NCBI GenBank assembly: GCA_937991645.1
Contig: CALKPL010000025.1
Location: forward strand, 128,852 to 192,851
Direction of reading: 5' to 3'
From: an uncultured Clostridia bacterium
Lineage (GTDB): Bacteria > Bacillota > Clostridia > Oscillospirales > UMGS1783
DNA length: 64,000 bases
The notes beneath the pieces were generated by a model, which was not told the DNA's origin, did not search any database, and was given only the letters and a program-made list of their open reading frames with translations. Shown piece after piece: positions 18,207 to 28,394 of this stretch (its first letter is position 1; each line of letters opens with the position of its first letter). The position numbers and the translations under genes were made by a program.

Positions 18207-19361
18207 GTGATAGATTCGTATCCCATTTCATTTCCCGAACTCGGCCTGTATATGGATTTTAAAAACTACTTCACCGTTTTCGGTTTCCCGATTTATTGGT
18301 ACGCAGTCATTATCTGCGTGGGGCTGGTCGCGGCGTATATTTACGCCGACCGCCGCGCCCCGGAGTTTCATGTCAAGCGGTCCGATCTGCTGGACGGACT
18401 GCTGATCGGCGTTCCGGTTGCGATTGTCGGTGCGCGCCTGTTCTACGTGCTGTTTGCGCCGGCTGGGGAGATTCAGTCTTTTGCGGATATATTCAATATA
18501 CGAAACGGCGGGCTCTCCATTATCGGCGCAATTCTGATGGTCGCGGTTTTCGCGCTAATCTTCTGCCACTTTAAGAAAATCAAAGTAGGCAATGTCCTGG
18601 ATCTGGTTTCACTTGGATTTTTACTCGGACAGGCCATCGGCAGGTGGGGTAACTTTATAAACAGAGAGGTCTATGGCGTTGAGACGGCGTTGCCCTGGGG
18701 CATGAGTCTTGATGGCGGCGCGCCGAGGCATCCGTTGTTCCTCTACGAATGTCTTTGGAACCTGCTTGGCTTCTTTATTTTGCATATCGTGTCCAAGCGC
18801 CGCAAATTCCCCGGCCAGATTACGTTGCTGTATATGGGCTGGTACGGGGTTGGCCGCGGGCTGCTCGAAGGTCTCAGGGACCCGGCGTACATATTGACGT
18901 GGGGTACCGTGCCCATCTCGCAGATCGTTTCCTGGACTCTGGTCGCCGTAGCGTTGCTGATCTACGTTGTCAAATATATCGAGGCGAATAAGATCGGCGC
19001 AAGCTTTGAGTACGGCGTAAATCCGGGCCAAACGCCTGTGGCGGAGGGCGCGGACGGCGAGCAGGCGGATCGGAAGCTGTCCTATTTCGCGCGCAAAAAA
19101 CAGGAGAAAGCAGAAGCCCGGCGCAGAGAATATAAACCGATGTACGATATAGAAGGCCTTGCAGAAGTGGAAGAAGGGCAGCAGGACGCGGCTGAGGCCG
19201 GCGGAGAGGATACGCAGGCGGGCGACGCGGTCCAGACCGCTGCGGACAGTCCCGAGGTGCATCTGGAGGATGCGGAACAGGCCGCGCCCGTGCCGGACAT
19301 GGAGGAGCAGGCGCAGCCGGAGAATGCGGCTGAGAAAACGGAAACGGAGGACAAAGAATAA
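18207..19361 (+). CDS. lgt: prolipoprotein diacylglyceryl transferase with long acidic C-terminal extension
   Basis: Lgt signature [13 protein letters not shown] and the [10 protein letters not shown] region. The last ~120 aa are E/D/A/Q-rich low complexity. Confidence 0.85.
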   Translation: MIDSYPISFPELGLYMDFKNYFTVFGFPIYWYAVIICVGLVAAYIYADRRAPEFHVKRSDLLDGLLIGVPVAIVGARLFYVLFAPAGEIQSFADIFNIRNGGLSIIGAILMVAVFALIFCHFKKIKVGNVLDLVSLGFLLGQAIGRWGNFINREVYGVETALPWGMSLDGGAPRHPLFLYECLWNLLGFFILHIVSKRRKFPGQITLLYMGWYGVGRGLLEGLRDPAYILTWGTVPISQIVSWTLVAVALLIYVVKYIEANKIGASFEYGVNPGQTPVAEGADGEQADRKLSYFARKKQEKAEARRREYKPMYDIEGLAEVEEGQQDAAEAGGEDTQAGDAVQTAADSPEVHLEDAEQAAPVPDMEEQAQPENAAEKTETEDKE

Positions 19362-19362
19362 A

Positions 19363-20217
19363 ATGGCGAAGCTCATAGATGGAAAGGCGATAGCGGCGCA
19401 GTACCGCGAAAAAATAAAACGCGAGGTCGAGGCACTGACGGCGCGCGGCGTGCAGACAGGCCTTGCCGTTGTTATCGTAGGGGACGACAGCGCGTCTAAA
19501 ACATATGTCGCAAATAAAAAAAAGGCCTGTGCCGCGGCCGGAATCCGTTCGTTTGAATACGCGTTGCCGGCCGAGACGGAGCAGGCGCAGCTGCTGGAGC
19601 TGATTGAGACGCTCAACGCCGATGCGAATGTAAACGGGATTCTGGTGCAGCTTCCGCTTCCAAAGCATATAGACGAAAAAACTGTGATAAACGCCATTGT
19701 GCCGCATAAGGATGTGGACGCGTTTCACCCGGTCAACGTCGGTAAAATCATGATTGGGGAATACGATTTTCTGCCCTGCACACCCGCGGGGATCATGGTG
19801 CTGCTTGAGGAATCCGGGATAGAGATCGAGGGCCGGGAGTGCGTCGTCGTGGGCCGCAGCAATATCGTCGGCAAGCCGCAGGCCATGCTCATGCTCCACA
19901 GGAACGCAACGGTCACCATCTGCCATTCCAGAACGCGGGATCTCGCCGCGCATACCCGGCGCGCGGATATCCTGATCGCGGCGATCGGCAGCGCGAAATT
20001 CATAACCGCCGATATGGTCAAGCCGGGCGCGGTCGTGGTCGATGTTGGGATGAATCGTGATGAAAACGGGAAGCTCTGCGGCGACGTTGACTTTGCGTCG
20101 GTGGAACCGGTCGCATCCCATATTACGCCTGTGCCGGGCGGCGTGGGCCCTATGACGATCACCATGCTTTTGGAAAACACCATACGTGCCGCAAAGCTGC
20201 AAAACGGCCTGATGTAG
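19363..20217 (+). CDS. folD: bifunctional methylenetetrahydrofolate dehydrogenase/cyclohydrolase
   Basis: Begins [11 protein letters not shown], with [10 protein letters not shown] and [10 protein letters not shown] motifs. The ORF-track start at 19159 is an in-frame read-through of the lgt 3' end. Confidence 0.9.
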   Translation: MAKLIDGKAIAAQYREKIKREVEALTARGVQTGLAVVIVGDDSASKTYVANKKKACAAAGIRSFEYALPAETEQAQLLELIETLNADANVNGILVQLPLPKHIDEKTVINAIVPHKDVDAFHPVNVGKIMIGEYDFLPCTPAGIMVLLEESGIEIEGRECVVVGRSNIVGKPQAMLMLHRNATVTICHSRTRDLAAHTRRADILIAAIGSAKFITADMVKPGAVVVDVGMNRDENGKLCGDVDFASVEPVASHITPVPGGVGPMTITMLLENTIRAAKLQNGLM

Positions 20218-20297
20218 CGCTGAGAAAGAGCTGTCGGAATTCATAAGAAAAGGCACTTTTTACTACGAAACTTGTCATACTGTACATAATCGAAAAA

Positions 20298-20334
20298 AAC
20301 GCCGGCCGGTGTCTTGCAAAGGCCGGCGTTTTCG
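20298..20334 (+). terminator. rho-independent terminator after folD
   Basis: 10-bp stem AACGCCGGCC/GGCCGGCGTT followed by TTTTCG. Confidence 0.7.
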
Positions 20335-20373
20335 TATATTATAATATTTGTTAGTATCATTTTGAGGTGAGAA

Positions 20374-20460
20374 AAATGTTTGTTTGCCGCTGTGAAACCG
20401 CATATGGGAACAAACATTGAGGATACGACGCACCATTTTCATTGGTGCGCCAATTTTTTT
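20374..20460 (+). promoter_or_regulatory. pur operon leader: hairpin-embedded 14-codon uORF plus intrinsic terminator (candidate attenuator, class unknown)
   Basis: 10-bp stem AATGTTTGTT (20375-84)/AACAAACATT (20409-18). It encloses ORF ATG 20376..TGA 20420 (MFVCRCETAYGNKH), which has a GAGGTG SD. A CGCACCA/TGGTGCG hairpin plus a T7 run follows at 20429-20460, 24 nt before purE. Confidence 0.4.
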
Positions 20461-20483
20461 GTGTGTTTATTAAGGAGGGGCCT

Positions 20484-20975
20484 ATGAAAAAAGTAGCGGT
20501 AATTATGGGGAGCGACAGCGACCTGCCCATCCTCAAACCGGCCGTAAAGACGCTTGAGGAGTTCGGGGTGCCGTGGGAGATGCATGTGATGTCCGCGCAC
20601 CGCACGCCCGACCTTGCGGCGCAGTTTGCGAAAACCGCACGGGACAATGGGTTTGGCGCAATAATAGCGGCGGCGGGAAAGGCGGCGCACCTAGCGGGCG
20701 TTCTTGCGGCGCACACGACGCTGCCTGTAATCGGCGTCCCGGTCAAATCGTCGCTGGCCGGACTGGACGCGCTGCTGGCCACGGTTCAGATGCCGCCCGG
20801 CGTACCCGTCGCGGCAATGGCGATCGACGGCGGCCAGAACGCGGCTCTGTTCGCGGTGCAAATTCTCTCGGTGAGCGACGGCGCGCTGGCGGACAGGCTT
20901 TCCGCTTATAAAGAGTCCATGGCGCGCAAAGTCATGGAAAAAGACGCAAAAATTGCAAAGGAGGCACTGCAATGA
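20484..20975 (+). CDS. purE: 5-(carboxyamino)imidazole ribonucleotide mutase
   Basis: Begins [15 protein letters not shown], with SAHRTP and IGVPV motifs. SD AGGAGGGG. Confidence 0.95.
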   Translation: MKKVAVIMGSDSDLPILKPAVKTLEEFGVPWEMHVMSAHRTPDLAAQFAKTARDNGFGAIIAAAGKAAHLAGVLAAHTTLPVIGVPVKSSLAGLDALLATVQMPPGVPVAAMAIDGGQNAALFAVQILSVSDGALADRLSAYKESMARKVMEKDAKIAKEALQ

Positions 20976-21682
20976 AAAAGCTGGAACAGCTCTATGAAGG
21001 CAAAGCGAAACGGGTTTACAAAACGGACGAGGAGAACTTCTATATCGTCGACTATAAAGACGACGCGACCGCTTTCGACGGCAAGAAAAAAGGGACGATC
21101 GTCGGCAAGGGCGCGATCAACAATAAAATCACGAATATGCTCATGCAGATGCTGGAGACAAAGGGGATACCAACCCATTTTGTCAAAGAGCTCTCCGACC
21201 GCGAAACAGTTGTGAAAAAAGTAAAGATCCTGCCGCTGGAGGTGCTGGTGCGCAATACCGTGGCGGGTTCCCTTGCCAAACGGCTCGGTCTGCCCGAGGG
21301 CACAAAACTCAAGCAAACGGTGCTGGAGTACTGTTATAAGAACGACGACCTTGGCGACCCGATGATCAATGAGTACCACATTCTCGCCATGGACTTCGCC
21401 TCGCCCGAGCAGCTGAAACAGGTTGCGGATTATTCGCTTCGCATCAACGAAATTTTGAAAGAGTACTTCAAAAAGCTGAATATTGATTTAATTGATTTCA
21501 AGCTCGAGTTTGGCGTCACGCCTGACGGCGAACTGATTCTTGCGGATGAGATCTCGCCCGACACCTGCCGTTTCTGGGACAGCACGACGGGAGAAAAGCT
21601 CGATAAGGACCGGTTCCGCCGCGATCTCGGCAACGTGGAAGAGGCGTATCAGGAAATGATGAGCCGTCTGCAGAGCGTATAA
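20972..21682 (+). CDS. purC: phosphoribosylaminoimidazole-succinocarboxamide synthase
   Basis: LYEGKAK.VY at the N-terminus, LEVLVRN, and [14 protein letters not shown] overlap with purE. Confidence 0.95.
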   Translation: MKKLEQLYEGKAKRVYKTDEENFYIVDYKDDATAFDGKKKGTIVGKGAINNKITNMLMQMLETKGIPTHFVKELSDRETVVKKVKILPLEVLVRNTVAGSLAKRLGLPEGTKLKQTVLEYCYKNDDLGDPMINEYHILAMDFASPEQLKQVADYSLRINEILKEYFKKLNIDLIDFKLEFGVTPDGELILADEISPDTCRFWDSTTGEKLDKDRFRRDLGNVEEAYQEMMSRLQSV

Positions 21683-21802
21683 GCCTGTTACCGTATGTCC
21701 GAACATGCCGCGGCGTGTTCGGACATGCTTCGGAATCGTCCGGCCGGCCAGGGGCGGCCGCGGCGCGATTGACAGCTTTTGAATGTATGGGAGGAAAGTA
21801 GT

Positions 21803-22840
21803 ATGGACAGCTTTAGCCAGAGCTACAAGGACGCGGGCGTGGACGTAACCGCCGGTTACCGCGCCGTTGACCTGATGAAAAAGCATGTGAAGCGGACGGC
21901 GACGTCCGGCGTCGTATCGGGAATCGGCGGCTTTGGCGGATTGTTTCAGCCGGATCTGACCGGAATGGACCAACCTGTGCTTGTTTCGGGTACGGACGGC
22001 GTGGGGACGAAACTGAAGCTCGCTTTTTTGCAGGACAAGCACGATACCATCGGCATAGACTGCGTCGCCATGTGTGTTAACGACGTTGTGTGCACAGGCG
22101 CGCAGCCGCTGTTTTTCCTGGACTATATCGCCTGCGGAAAGAACGTGCCGGAAAAAATAGAACAAATCGTCAAGGGCGTGGCGGACGGCTGCGTCCAGGC
22201 GGGCTGTGCCCTCATTGGCGGAGAAACGGCTGAAATGCCCGGTTTTTACGAGGCGGACGAGTATGACGTGGCCGGATTCTCCGTAGGCGTCGTGGATAGA
22301 AAAAACATCATCGACGGCTCTTCCGTCCGTCCCGGCGACGCCATCATAGGCCTGGCCTCTTCCGGGGTGCACTCAAACGGCTTCTCCCTGGTGCGAAAAG
22401 TGTTTGGAATTGAGAATAAAGACGTGCTCGCAACATATTACGACCAGCTCGGTACAACCCTTGGCGCGGCGCTTCTGACCCCGACTATGATCTATGTCAA
22501 AGCCATACGGGCGCTGCGGGAACGCATGCCGGTCAAAGCTGTTTCACACATCACCGGCGGCGGATTCTATGAAAATATACCCCGTATGCTGCCAGACGGC
22601 GCCCGCGCCGTCGTGGAGAAGGATTCGTTCAATATCCTGCCCATTTTCAGCCTGATCCAGTCCACGGGCGGTATCAGCGAGCGAGATATGTTCAATACGT
22701 TCAATATGGGCATCGGCATGGCCGTTTGCGTAGACGCGGCGAACGCCTATGCCGCGATCAGCGCTTTGAGCAATATGGACGTGCAGGCCTATATCATCGG
22801 CCGGGTCGAATCGGGTGAGAAAGGAGTCGACATATGCTAG
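21803..22840 (+). CDS. purM: phosphoribosylformylglycinamidine cyclo-ligase
   Basis: YKDAGVD, DGVGTK and the GGETAEMPG motif. ATG 21803 follows a GGGAGGA SD. Confidence 0.95.
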   Translation: MDSFSQSYKDAGVDVTAGYRAVDLMKKHVKRTATSGVVSGIGGFGGLFQPDLTGMDQPVLVSGTDGVGTKLKLAFLQDKHDTIGIDCVAMCVNDVVCTGAQPLFFLDYIACGKNVPEKIEQIVKGVADGCVQAGCALIGGETAEMPGFYEADEYDVAGFSVGVVDRKNIIDGSSVRPGDAIIGLASSGVHSNGFSLVRKVFGIENKDVLATYYDQLGTTLGAALLTPTMIYVKAIRALRERMPVKAVSHITGGGFYENIPRMLPDGARAVVEKDSFNILPIFSLIQSTGGISERDMFNTFNMGIGMAVCVDAANAYAAISALSNMDVQAYIIGRVESGEKGVDIC

Positions 22841-23466
22841 ACATTGTCGTACTCGTCTCCGGCGGCGGAACGAATTTGCAGACGCTGATCGACCGGATTG
22901 AGGACGGTTCCATTACAAACGGCCGTATTGTAAAGGTGATTTCAAGCAGGCGCGATGCTTTTGCGCTGGAACGGGCGAAGAAGCATGGCATACCCACCGC
23001 CGTCGTTCCGCGCGGCGATTATGCGGATGCGGCCCGCTATGAGGCTGCGCTGCACGCAGAAATTACAGCCGCCGCACCTGGACTGATCGTGCTGGGCGGG
23101 TTTCTATCCAAGCTGAGCCCGCAGACAGTCGCCATGTACCCAAACCGCATCCTCAACATACATCCGGCCCTTATCCCGGCTTTCAGCGGGCAGGGATACT
23201 ATGGACTTAGGGTGCACAGGGCGGCTTTGGAGCGCGGGGTGAAGCTTACGGGCGCTACAGTCCACTTCGTGTCCGAGGACTATGATGCCGGCCCGATCAT
23301 ATTGCAAAAGGCCGTGCCTGTAGAAGCAGACGATACGCCGGAGACGCTGCAGCAGCGGGTGATGCGGCAGGCCGAACAGGTCATACTGCCGCAGGCGGTG
23401 GACCTGGTTTGCAACGGCCGAATCGAGGTCGTTGGTAATATCGTACAAATCAAGGAAAGGGGATAA
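22834..23466 (+). CDS. purN: phosphoribosylglycinamide formyltransferase
   Basis: [19 protein letters not shown] and [15 protein letters not shown] motifs. Confidence 0.9.
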   Translation: MLDIVVLVSGGGTNLQTLIDRIEDGSITNGRIVKVISSRRDAFALERAKKHGIPTAVVPRGDYADAARYEAALHAEITAAAPGLIVLGGFLSKLSPQTVAMYPNRILNIHPALIPAFSGQGYYGLRVHRAALERGVKLTGATVHFVSEDYDAGPIILQKAVPVEADDTPETLQQRVMRQAEQVILPQAVDLVCNGRIEVVGNIVQIKERG

Positions 23467-23471
23467 CATAT

Positions 23472-24179
23472 ATGATCAATCTGGCGGAAGATCTGCGCGC
23501 GAACGCCTATCCGGGCCGCGGGATCATACTCGGCCGTTCGGCGGACGGAGGGCGCGCGGCAATTGCGTATTTTATTATGGGCCGCAGCGCCAACAGCAGG
23601 AACAGAATCTTTGTGGAGGACGGCGCGGGTATCCGCACCCAGGCGTTCGACCCGTCAAAGGTCGTTGATCCGTCGCTGATTATCTATGCGCCCGTCCGCG
23701 TACTTGGCGATCAGACCATCGTCACCAACGGCGATCAGACCGATACGATCTATGATTTCCTGGCAAAGGGCGGTTCATTTTCCGCAGCTCTGGAGACTCG
23801 TACCTTTGAGCCGGACGCGCCGAATTATACCCCGCGCATTTCGGGGATCGTACGCCGTGCGGCGGCTGGCATGTCCTATGAACTGTCCATTTTGAAAAGT
23901 GCGGACGGCGATCCGCAAAGCTGCCGTCGTTATACCTTTACCTATCTGGAGCCGGTTGCCGGCCAGGGGCACATGATCCATACGTACAGCGGCGACGGCG
24001 ACCCGCTGCCAAGTTTCACGGGCGAGCCGAAGACGGTTGCGATCCCGGACGACATTGACGCATTTACGGACCTGCTCTGGTCGAGCCTGAACGAAGAAAA
24101 CAAGGTATCCCTTTTCGTCCGGTATATCGACGTTGCCAGCGGCGGCGTCGAGAGCCGGATCATGAATAAAAATCAATAA
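23472..24179 (+). CDS. IMP cyclohydrolase, PurO-type
   Basis: Begins L.ANAYPGRGIILG and includes IAYFIMGRS.NSRNR. About 235 aa, directly preceding an AICARFT-only PurH. Confidence 0.8.
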   Translation: MINLAEDLRANAYPGRGIILGRSADGGRAAIAYFIMGRSANSRNRIFVEDGAGIRTQAFDPSKVVDPSLIIYAPVRVLGDQTIVTNGDQTDTIYDFLAKGGSFSAALETRTFEPDAPNYTPRISGIVRRAAAGMSYELSILKSADGDPQSCRRYTFTYLEPVAGQGHMIHTYSGDGDPLPSFTGEPKTVAIPDDIDAFTDLLWSSLNEENKVSLFVRYIDVASGGVESRIMNKNQ

Positions 24180-24193
24180 TGGGAGGAATGGAT

Positions 24194-25372
24194 ATGGCAA
24201 ACGAATTATCTTTGAAATACGGGTGTAACCCCAACCAAAAGCCCTCGAGAATATTTATGAAAGACGGCTCTGATTTGCCCATTCAGGTACTCAACGGCAA
24301 ACCCGGCTATATCAACTTCCTTGACGCGTTTAACAGCTGGCAGCTCGTCAAAGAGCTCAAGGAAGCGACCGGCCTGCCCGCCGCGGCTTCGTTTAAGCAC
24401 GTGAGCCCTGCCGGCGCCGCAGTCGCCGTACCTCTTAGCGATACGCTGAAAAAAATCTATTTTGTAGACGATATGGAGTTGACCCCCATCGCAACGGCGT
24501 ATGCCCGTGCCCGCGGCGCGGACCGCATGTCCTCATACGGCGACTGGGCGGCCCTGTCTGACGTGTGCGATAAGGCCACGGCCGCCATTCTCGCCCGCGA
24601 AGTCTCTGACGGCGTGATCGCGCCGGGTTATACCGATGAAGCGATGGAGATCCTGTTGAAAAAACGCAAGGGCGGTTATAACGTCGTGCAGATAGATCCG
24701 GACTATATTCCCGCGGAAATAGAACTCAAGGACGTGTTCGGCGTAACGTTTGAACAGGGCCGCAACAACCTAAAAATCGACAATGCTTTTCTGGGCGAGA
24801 TCGTTACCAAAAATAAGGACCTGCCGCAGGATGCTGCGCGCGACCTTGTCATCGCCCTGATCACACTGAAATACACCCAGTCCAACTCCGTCTGCTACGC
24901 TGCGGGCGGCCAGGCGATCGGAGTGGGCGCGGGTCAGCAGTCTCGCATCCACTGCACGCGTCTTGCGGGGAATAAGGCGGATATCTGGTATCTGCGCCAG
25001 CATCCGAAGGTCCTCAGCCTGCCGTTTAAGGCGGATATCCGCCGCCCCGACCGCGACAATACGATAGACGTGTATCTGTCCGAGGATTATATGGATGTGC
25101 TGGCGGACGGCGCATGGGAGCAGTTCTTTATCGAGAAGCCGGCGGAACTGACCCAGGCGGAGAAAAAAGAGTGGCTTCGCACCATGCAGGGCGTGTCCCT
25201 CGGCTCGGACGCCTTCTTCCCGTTTGGCGACAATATCGAGCGTGCAAAACGCAGCGGCGTCGCATATATTGCGCAGCCGGGCGGCTCTATCCGCGACGAT
25301 CATGTCATCGACACCTGCGACAAGTACGGAATGGTCATGGCGTTCACAGGCCTGCGCCTGTTCCACCATTAA
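24194..25372 (+). CDS. purH: AICAR formyltransferase (PurH lacking the MGS/IMP-cyclohydrolase domain)
   Basis: AICARFT-type sequence (LKYGCNPNQ..., SFKHVSPAG, GAGQQSRIHC, RLFHH end). ATG 24194 is best placed after GGAGG 24182-86; ATG 24179 and 24188 are alternatives. Confidence 0.85.
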   Translation: MANELSLKYGCNPNQKPSRIFMKDGSDLPIQVLNGKPGYINFLDAFNSWQLVKELKEATGLPAAASFKHVSPAGAAVAVPLSDTLKKIYFVDDMELTPIATAYARARGADRMSSYGDWAALSDVCDKATAAILAREVSDGVIAPGYTDEAMEILLKKRKGGYNVVQIDPDYIPAEIELKDVFGVTFEQGRNNLKIDNAFLGEIVTKNKDLPQDAARDLVIALITLKYTQSNSVCYAAGGQAIGVGAGQQSRIHCTRLAGNKADIWYLRQHPKVLSLPFKADIRRPDRDNTIDVYLSEDYMDVLADGAWEQFFIEKPAELTQAEKKEWLRTMQGVSLGSDAFFPFGDNIERAKRSGVAYIAQPGGSIRDDHVIDTCDKYGMVMAFTGLRLFHH

Positions 25373-25392
25373 TCCATAAGGAGCACGATAAG

Positions 25393-26655
25393 ATGAACGT
25401 ACTGGTGATTGGCGGCGGGGGAAGGGAGCATGCCATCGTAAAAAAACTGTCCGAGAGCAGAGAGATCGGCGCGCTGTACTGCGCGCCCGGCAACGGCGGA
25501 ATCGCGCAGAACGCAGTCTGCGTCGATATAAAAGCGACCGATATACATGGGGTCGTCGACTTTGCCATAGAGAATAAGATCAATCTTGTGGTCGTCGCCC
25601 CGGACGATCCGCTCGCCATGGGTATGGTGGATCAGTTGCAGATGCATGGCATTAAGGCGTTTGGGCCGACAAAAGCGGCGGCGGAAATCGAAAGCAGCAA
25701 AGCCTTTGCCAAAAATTTGATGCGCAAGTACAACATACCGACGGCGGACTATGCCGTATTCGAGGATTATGAAGCGGCAAAGGCGTATATTGAGACCCAT
25801 TCCGCGCCCATGGTTGTCAAGGCGGACGGCTTGGCGCTCGGAAAAGGGGTGCTGATCTGCGAAACGCAGGAGCAGGCGCTGGATGCGGCAAAGTCCATGC
25901 TGCTGGAAAGCCGGTTCGGGAAATCCGGCAGCCGTATAGTGATAGAAGAGTTCATGCGCGGTCCTGAGGTCTCCGTGCTCGCGTTCTGCGATGGGAAAAC
26001 AGTCGTGCCCATGGTCTCCGCGCAGGATCACAAACGCGCCTTTGACGGCGACCGAGGGCTGAATACCGGCGGTATGGGTACGTTTTCTCCCAGCCGTGTG
26101 TATACACCGCAGCTCGCCGCGCAGTGTATGGATACGATTTTTATCCCCACTGTGGAGGCGATGCGGCAGGAGGGGCGGCCCTTTAAAGGCGTGCTCTATT
26201 TTGGCCTGATGCTGACGGAGGACGGGCCGAAAGTACTGGAGTATAACGCGCGTTTTGGCGATCCGGAGACGCAGGTGGTGCTGCCGCGCCTTAAATCGGA
26301 TCTTTTGGAAATTTTCCTCGCCTGTATCGACGGTACGCTCGATCAGACCGAGGTTCTGTGGTACGACAATGCGGCGGTCTGTGTCGTCATGGCAAGCGGC
26401 GGCTATCCGGAAAAATATCAGACCGGATACCCGATCGGCGGTTTAAACGCCTTTACCGGTTCTGAAGACGTGTTTGTCTACCACGCGGGGACGAAAAAGG
26501 CGGAGGACGGGACGCTGCATACGGCCGGCGGCCGCGTGCTGGGCGTGACGGCGGTGGCAAAAAACCTCGACTGCGCGATCGAGAAAGCCTATGCGGCCGT
26601 GTCCCTCATCTCATTCCAGGACGCGCATTACCGTCGGGATATCGGTATAAAATAA
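25393..26655 (+). CDS. purD: phosphoribosylamine-glycine ligase
   Basis: Begins MNVLVIGGGGREHA with an ATP-grasp core. The ORF-track start at 25114 is an out-of-context in-frame extension over purH. Confidence 0.95.
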   Translation: MNVLVIGGGGREHAIVKKLSESREIGALYCAPGNGGIAQNAVCVDIKATDIHGVVDFAIENKINLVVVAPDDPLAMGMVDQLQMHGIKAFGPTKAAAEIESSKAFAKNLMRKYNIPTADYAVFEDYEAAKAYIETHSAPMVVKADGLALGKGVLICETQEQALDAAKSMLLESRFGKSGSRIVIEEFMRGPEVSVLAFCDGKTVVPMVSAQDHKRAFDGDRGLNTGGMGTFSPSRVYTPQLAAQCMDTIFIPTVEAMRQEGRPFKGVLYFGLMLTEDGPKVLEYNARFGDPETQVVLPRLKSDLLEIFLACIDGTLDQTEVLWYDNAAVCVVMASGGYPEKYQTGYPIGGLNAFTGSEDVFVYHAGTKKAEDGTLHTAGGRVLGVTAVAKNLDCAIEKAYAAVSLISFQDAHYRRDIGIK

Positions 26656-26661
26656 CGAATC

Positions 26662-26697
26662 AAAAACCAGGGAGCAGGCGCTCCCTGGTTTTTATTT
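26662..26697. terminator. bidirectional rho-independent terminator (purD / convergent hypothetical gene)
   Basis: 12-bp stem AAACCAGGGAGC/GCTCCCTGGTTT, loop AGGC, flanked by an A-run and a T-run. Confidence 0.8.
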
Positions 26698-26726
26698 GCA
26701 GCGATTCTCCGTATATTCAATCGTTT

Positions 26727-27323
26727 TCAGTATTCGCTCAGCCACTCTGTGCGCATTTCTTCCGACCAGTAAGCTGCTGGCAGGATGATGGACGCAGTCG
26801 TCTTCTCTGGCAGGACGAGCATTGGGAAAAAACCGCGGAGCAACAGAGGGCGGGGCAGATGCGGCCGATAGATGTATACAGTCGTCATATACGCGTCTTT
26901 CTGATAACTCAAATCCTTTGGCAGGAGCATGTTCTGTCTGCGGGAAGATCGGCCGGTCAGCTCGCGGAGCACCGCTTTGTGTTCCTCCGGCAGATCTGCC
27001 TGATTCGCATCCTGTAGGCGGGCGACACGGATCGCCACTTCAGCGAGCAGATTTGGAAACTCGTCAAATACTTCGTCTTCACTGAAAACGACGGTGGCTT
27101 CGCATACGTCGTTTCCTTTTTCATATATACTTTTATGCGCGTCTACAACGCAGGCATAGACGATCCGCCCCTCGTTATAGAGCAGTTTCTGGTCCCGTGC
27201 GGCAACGAGCAGAGGGTGGTCTTCCGCAAGCCCCCTTGGATAGGGAATCCGGTTGCGCCTTTTTTCTAAGAAGGAGAATTTCCCCCTGTGCTGTTCGTAG
27301 AGTTCACGTGTTTCAGCAATCAT
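26727..27323 (-). CDS. hypothetical protein, 198 aa, no family recognised
   Basis: Intact ORF with genome-typical codon usage, 6 nt downstream of the metA stop and followed by the terminator at 26662-26697. No motifs recognised. Confidence 0.6.
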   Translation of the reverse strand: MIAETRELYEQHRGKFSFLEKRRNRIPYPRGLAEDHPLLVAARDQKLLYNEGRIVYACVVDAHKSIYEKGNDVCEATVVFSEDEVFDEFPNLLAEVAIRVARLQDANQADLPEEHKAVLRELTGRSSRRQNMLLPKDLSYQKDAYMTTVYIYRPHLPRPLLLRGFFPMLVLPEKTTASIILPAAYWSEEMRTEWLSEY

Positions 27324-27329
27324 ATCAAT

Positions 27330-28274
27330 TCACCTGTTTATAAAATATGATTCGGGCAGCGCCTCGAGCTGACCGAGGTCGTAAGGAGTCGTCTGATACA
27401 CATAATTGAGCCAGTTCACATAGAGCAGGTTCGCATGCGCTTTCCAAGCCTGTACGGGCCCTTTGCTGGGATCGTCGTCTATAAAATAGTGCTCTGGAAT
27501 TTTAATCTGCAGCCCCTTGTCCAGATCCCGGAAATACTCCTTCGCAAGCGTGTCCTTATCGTATTCGGAATGGCCGGTGACAAATACCTGCCGGCCCCCG
27601 TACGCCGCGGCAATATACAGCCCGGCCTTTGCCGAGGAGGCGAGAATTTCCAGCTGGCTTACGTTCCGTACATCCTCCATCCGCGTCTCCGTGTGGCGCG
27701 AATGCGGCGCGTAGAAATATTCGTCAAACCCGCGCAGCAACATATGTTTCGGCTTGTGAATGGTGTGCTCAAATACGCCGAACACCTTTTCCGGCACAGT
27801 GTATTTGGGAACGCCGTAGTGGTAGTACAAGCCCGCCTGCGCGCCCCAGCAGATGTGGAAGGTGGAAAATACGTTCGTTCTTGACCAGCGAAAAATTCTG
27901 CACAGCTCGTCCCAGTAATCCACATCCTCAAAGGCCATCATTTCCACCGGCGCGCCTGTAATGATCAGCCCGTCGAACCGCAGGTCCTTGACATCGTCAA
28001 ACGTCTTGTAAAAGCTCATCAGGTGCTCGATTGCAGTGTGTTTTGCCCGATAGCTCCCAGTCTGCAGAAATTCCGGCTCCACCTGCAGGGGGGAATTGCC
28101 CAGCAGGCGCAGAAGCTGCGTTTCGGTTTCAATTTTAGTGGGCATCAGGTTCAGAATGGCAATTTTCAGCGGGCGGATGTCCTGCGTCGTTGCGCGCTGT
28201 TCCGTCATTACAAATATATTTTCATTTTCAAGGATTTCCCTTGCGGGCAGTTTATCTGGAATCTTAATCGGCAT
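27330..28274 (-). CDS. metA: homoserine O-acyltransferase (MetA family)
   Basis: Begins MPIKIPD.LPA...L..ENIFVM, with ILNLMP and the catalytic region FHICWGAQA. Confidence 0.9.
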   Translation of the reverse strand: MPIKIPDKLPAREILENENIFVMTEQRATTQDIRPLKIAILNLMPTKIETETQLLRLLGNSPLQVEPEFLQTGSYRAKHTAIEHLMSFYKTFDDVKDLRFDGLIITGAPVEMMAFEDVDYWDELCRIFRWSRTNVFSTFHICWGAQAGLYYHYGVPKYTVPEKVFGVFEHTIHKPKHMLLRGFDEYFYAPHSRHTETRMEDVRNVSQLEILASSAKAGLYIAAAYGGRQVFVTGHSEYDKDTLAKEYFRDLDKGLQIKIPEHYFIDDDPSKGPVQAWKAHANLLYVNWLNYVYQTTPYDLGQLEALPESYFINR

Positions 28275-28303
28275 GGTTTTGTCTCCTACGCAATAATATT
28301 ACT

Positions 28304-28332
28304 ATTGTAACAAAATTGCGCCGTAGAATCAA
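28304..28332 (-). promoter_or_regulatory. sigma-A type promoter for metA
   Basis: On the minus strand: TTGATT, 17 nt, TACAAT. The leader to the ATG is only about 30 nt. Confidence 0.5.
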
Positions 28333-28394
28333 TAGCCAACTCAGTCATAACCACCGGCAAAATTATGGGATCCCGCCACGGGGCAAAGCCGTCA

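Noticed and set aside
20350-20483. Purine (guanine/adenine) or ZTP riboswitch upstream of purE.
   Set aside because: The conserved junction and loop sequences of these classes are not present by eye. It is kept only as an unclassified leader or attenuator candidate.
25114-25392. In-frame 5' extensions given by the ORF track for purD (25114), folD (19159), the LMW phosphatase (37154), purE (20442), polA (34881), dpaB (29106) and ruvX (51823).
   Set aside because: The extensions overlap upstream genes or terminators. Canonical N-termini with good SD sites occur at the downstream ATGs used in the feature table.
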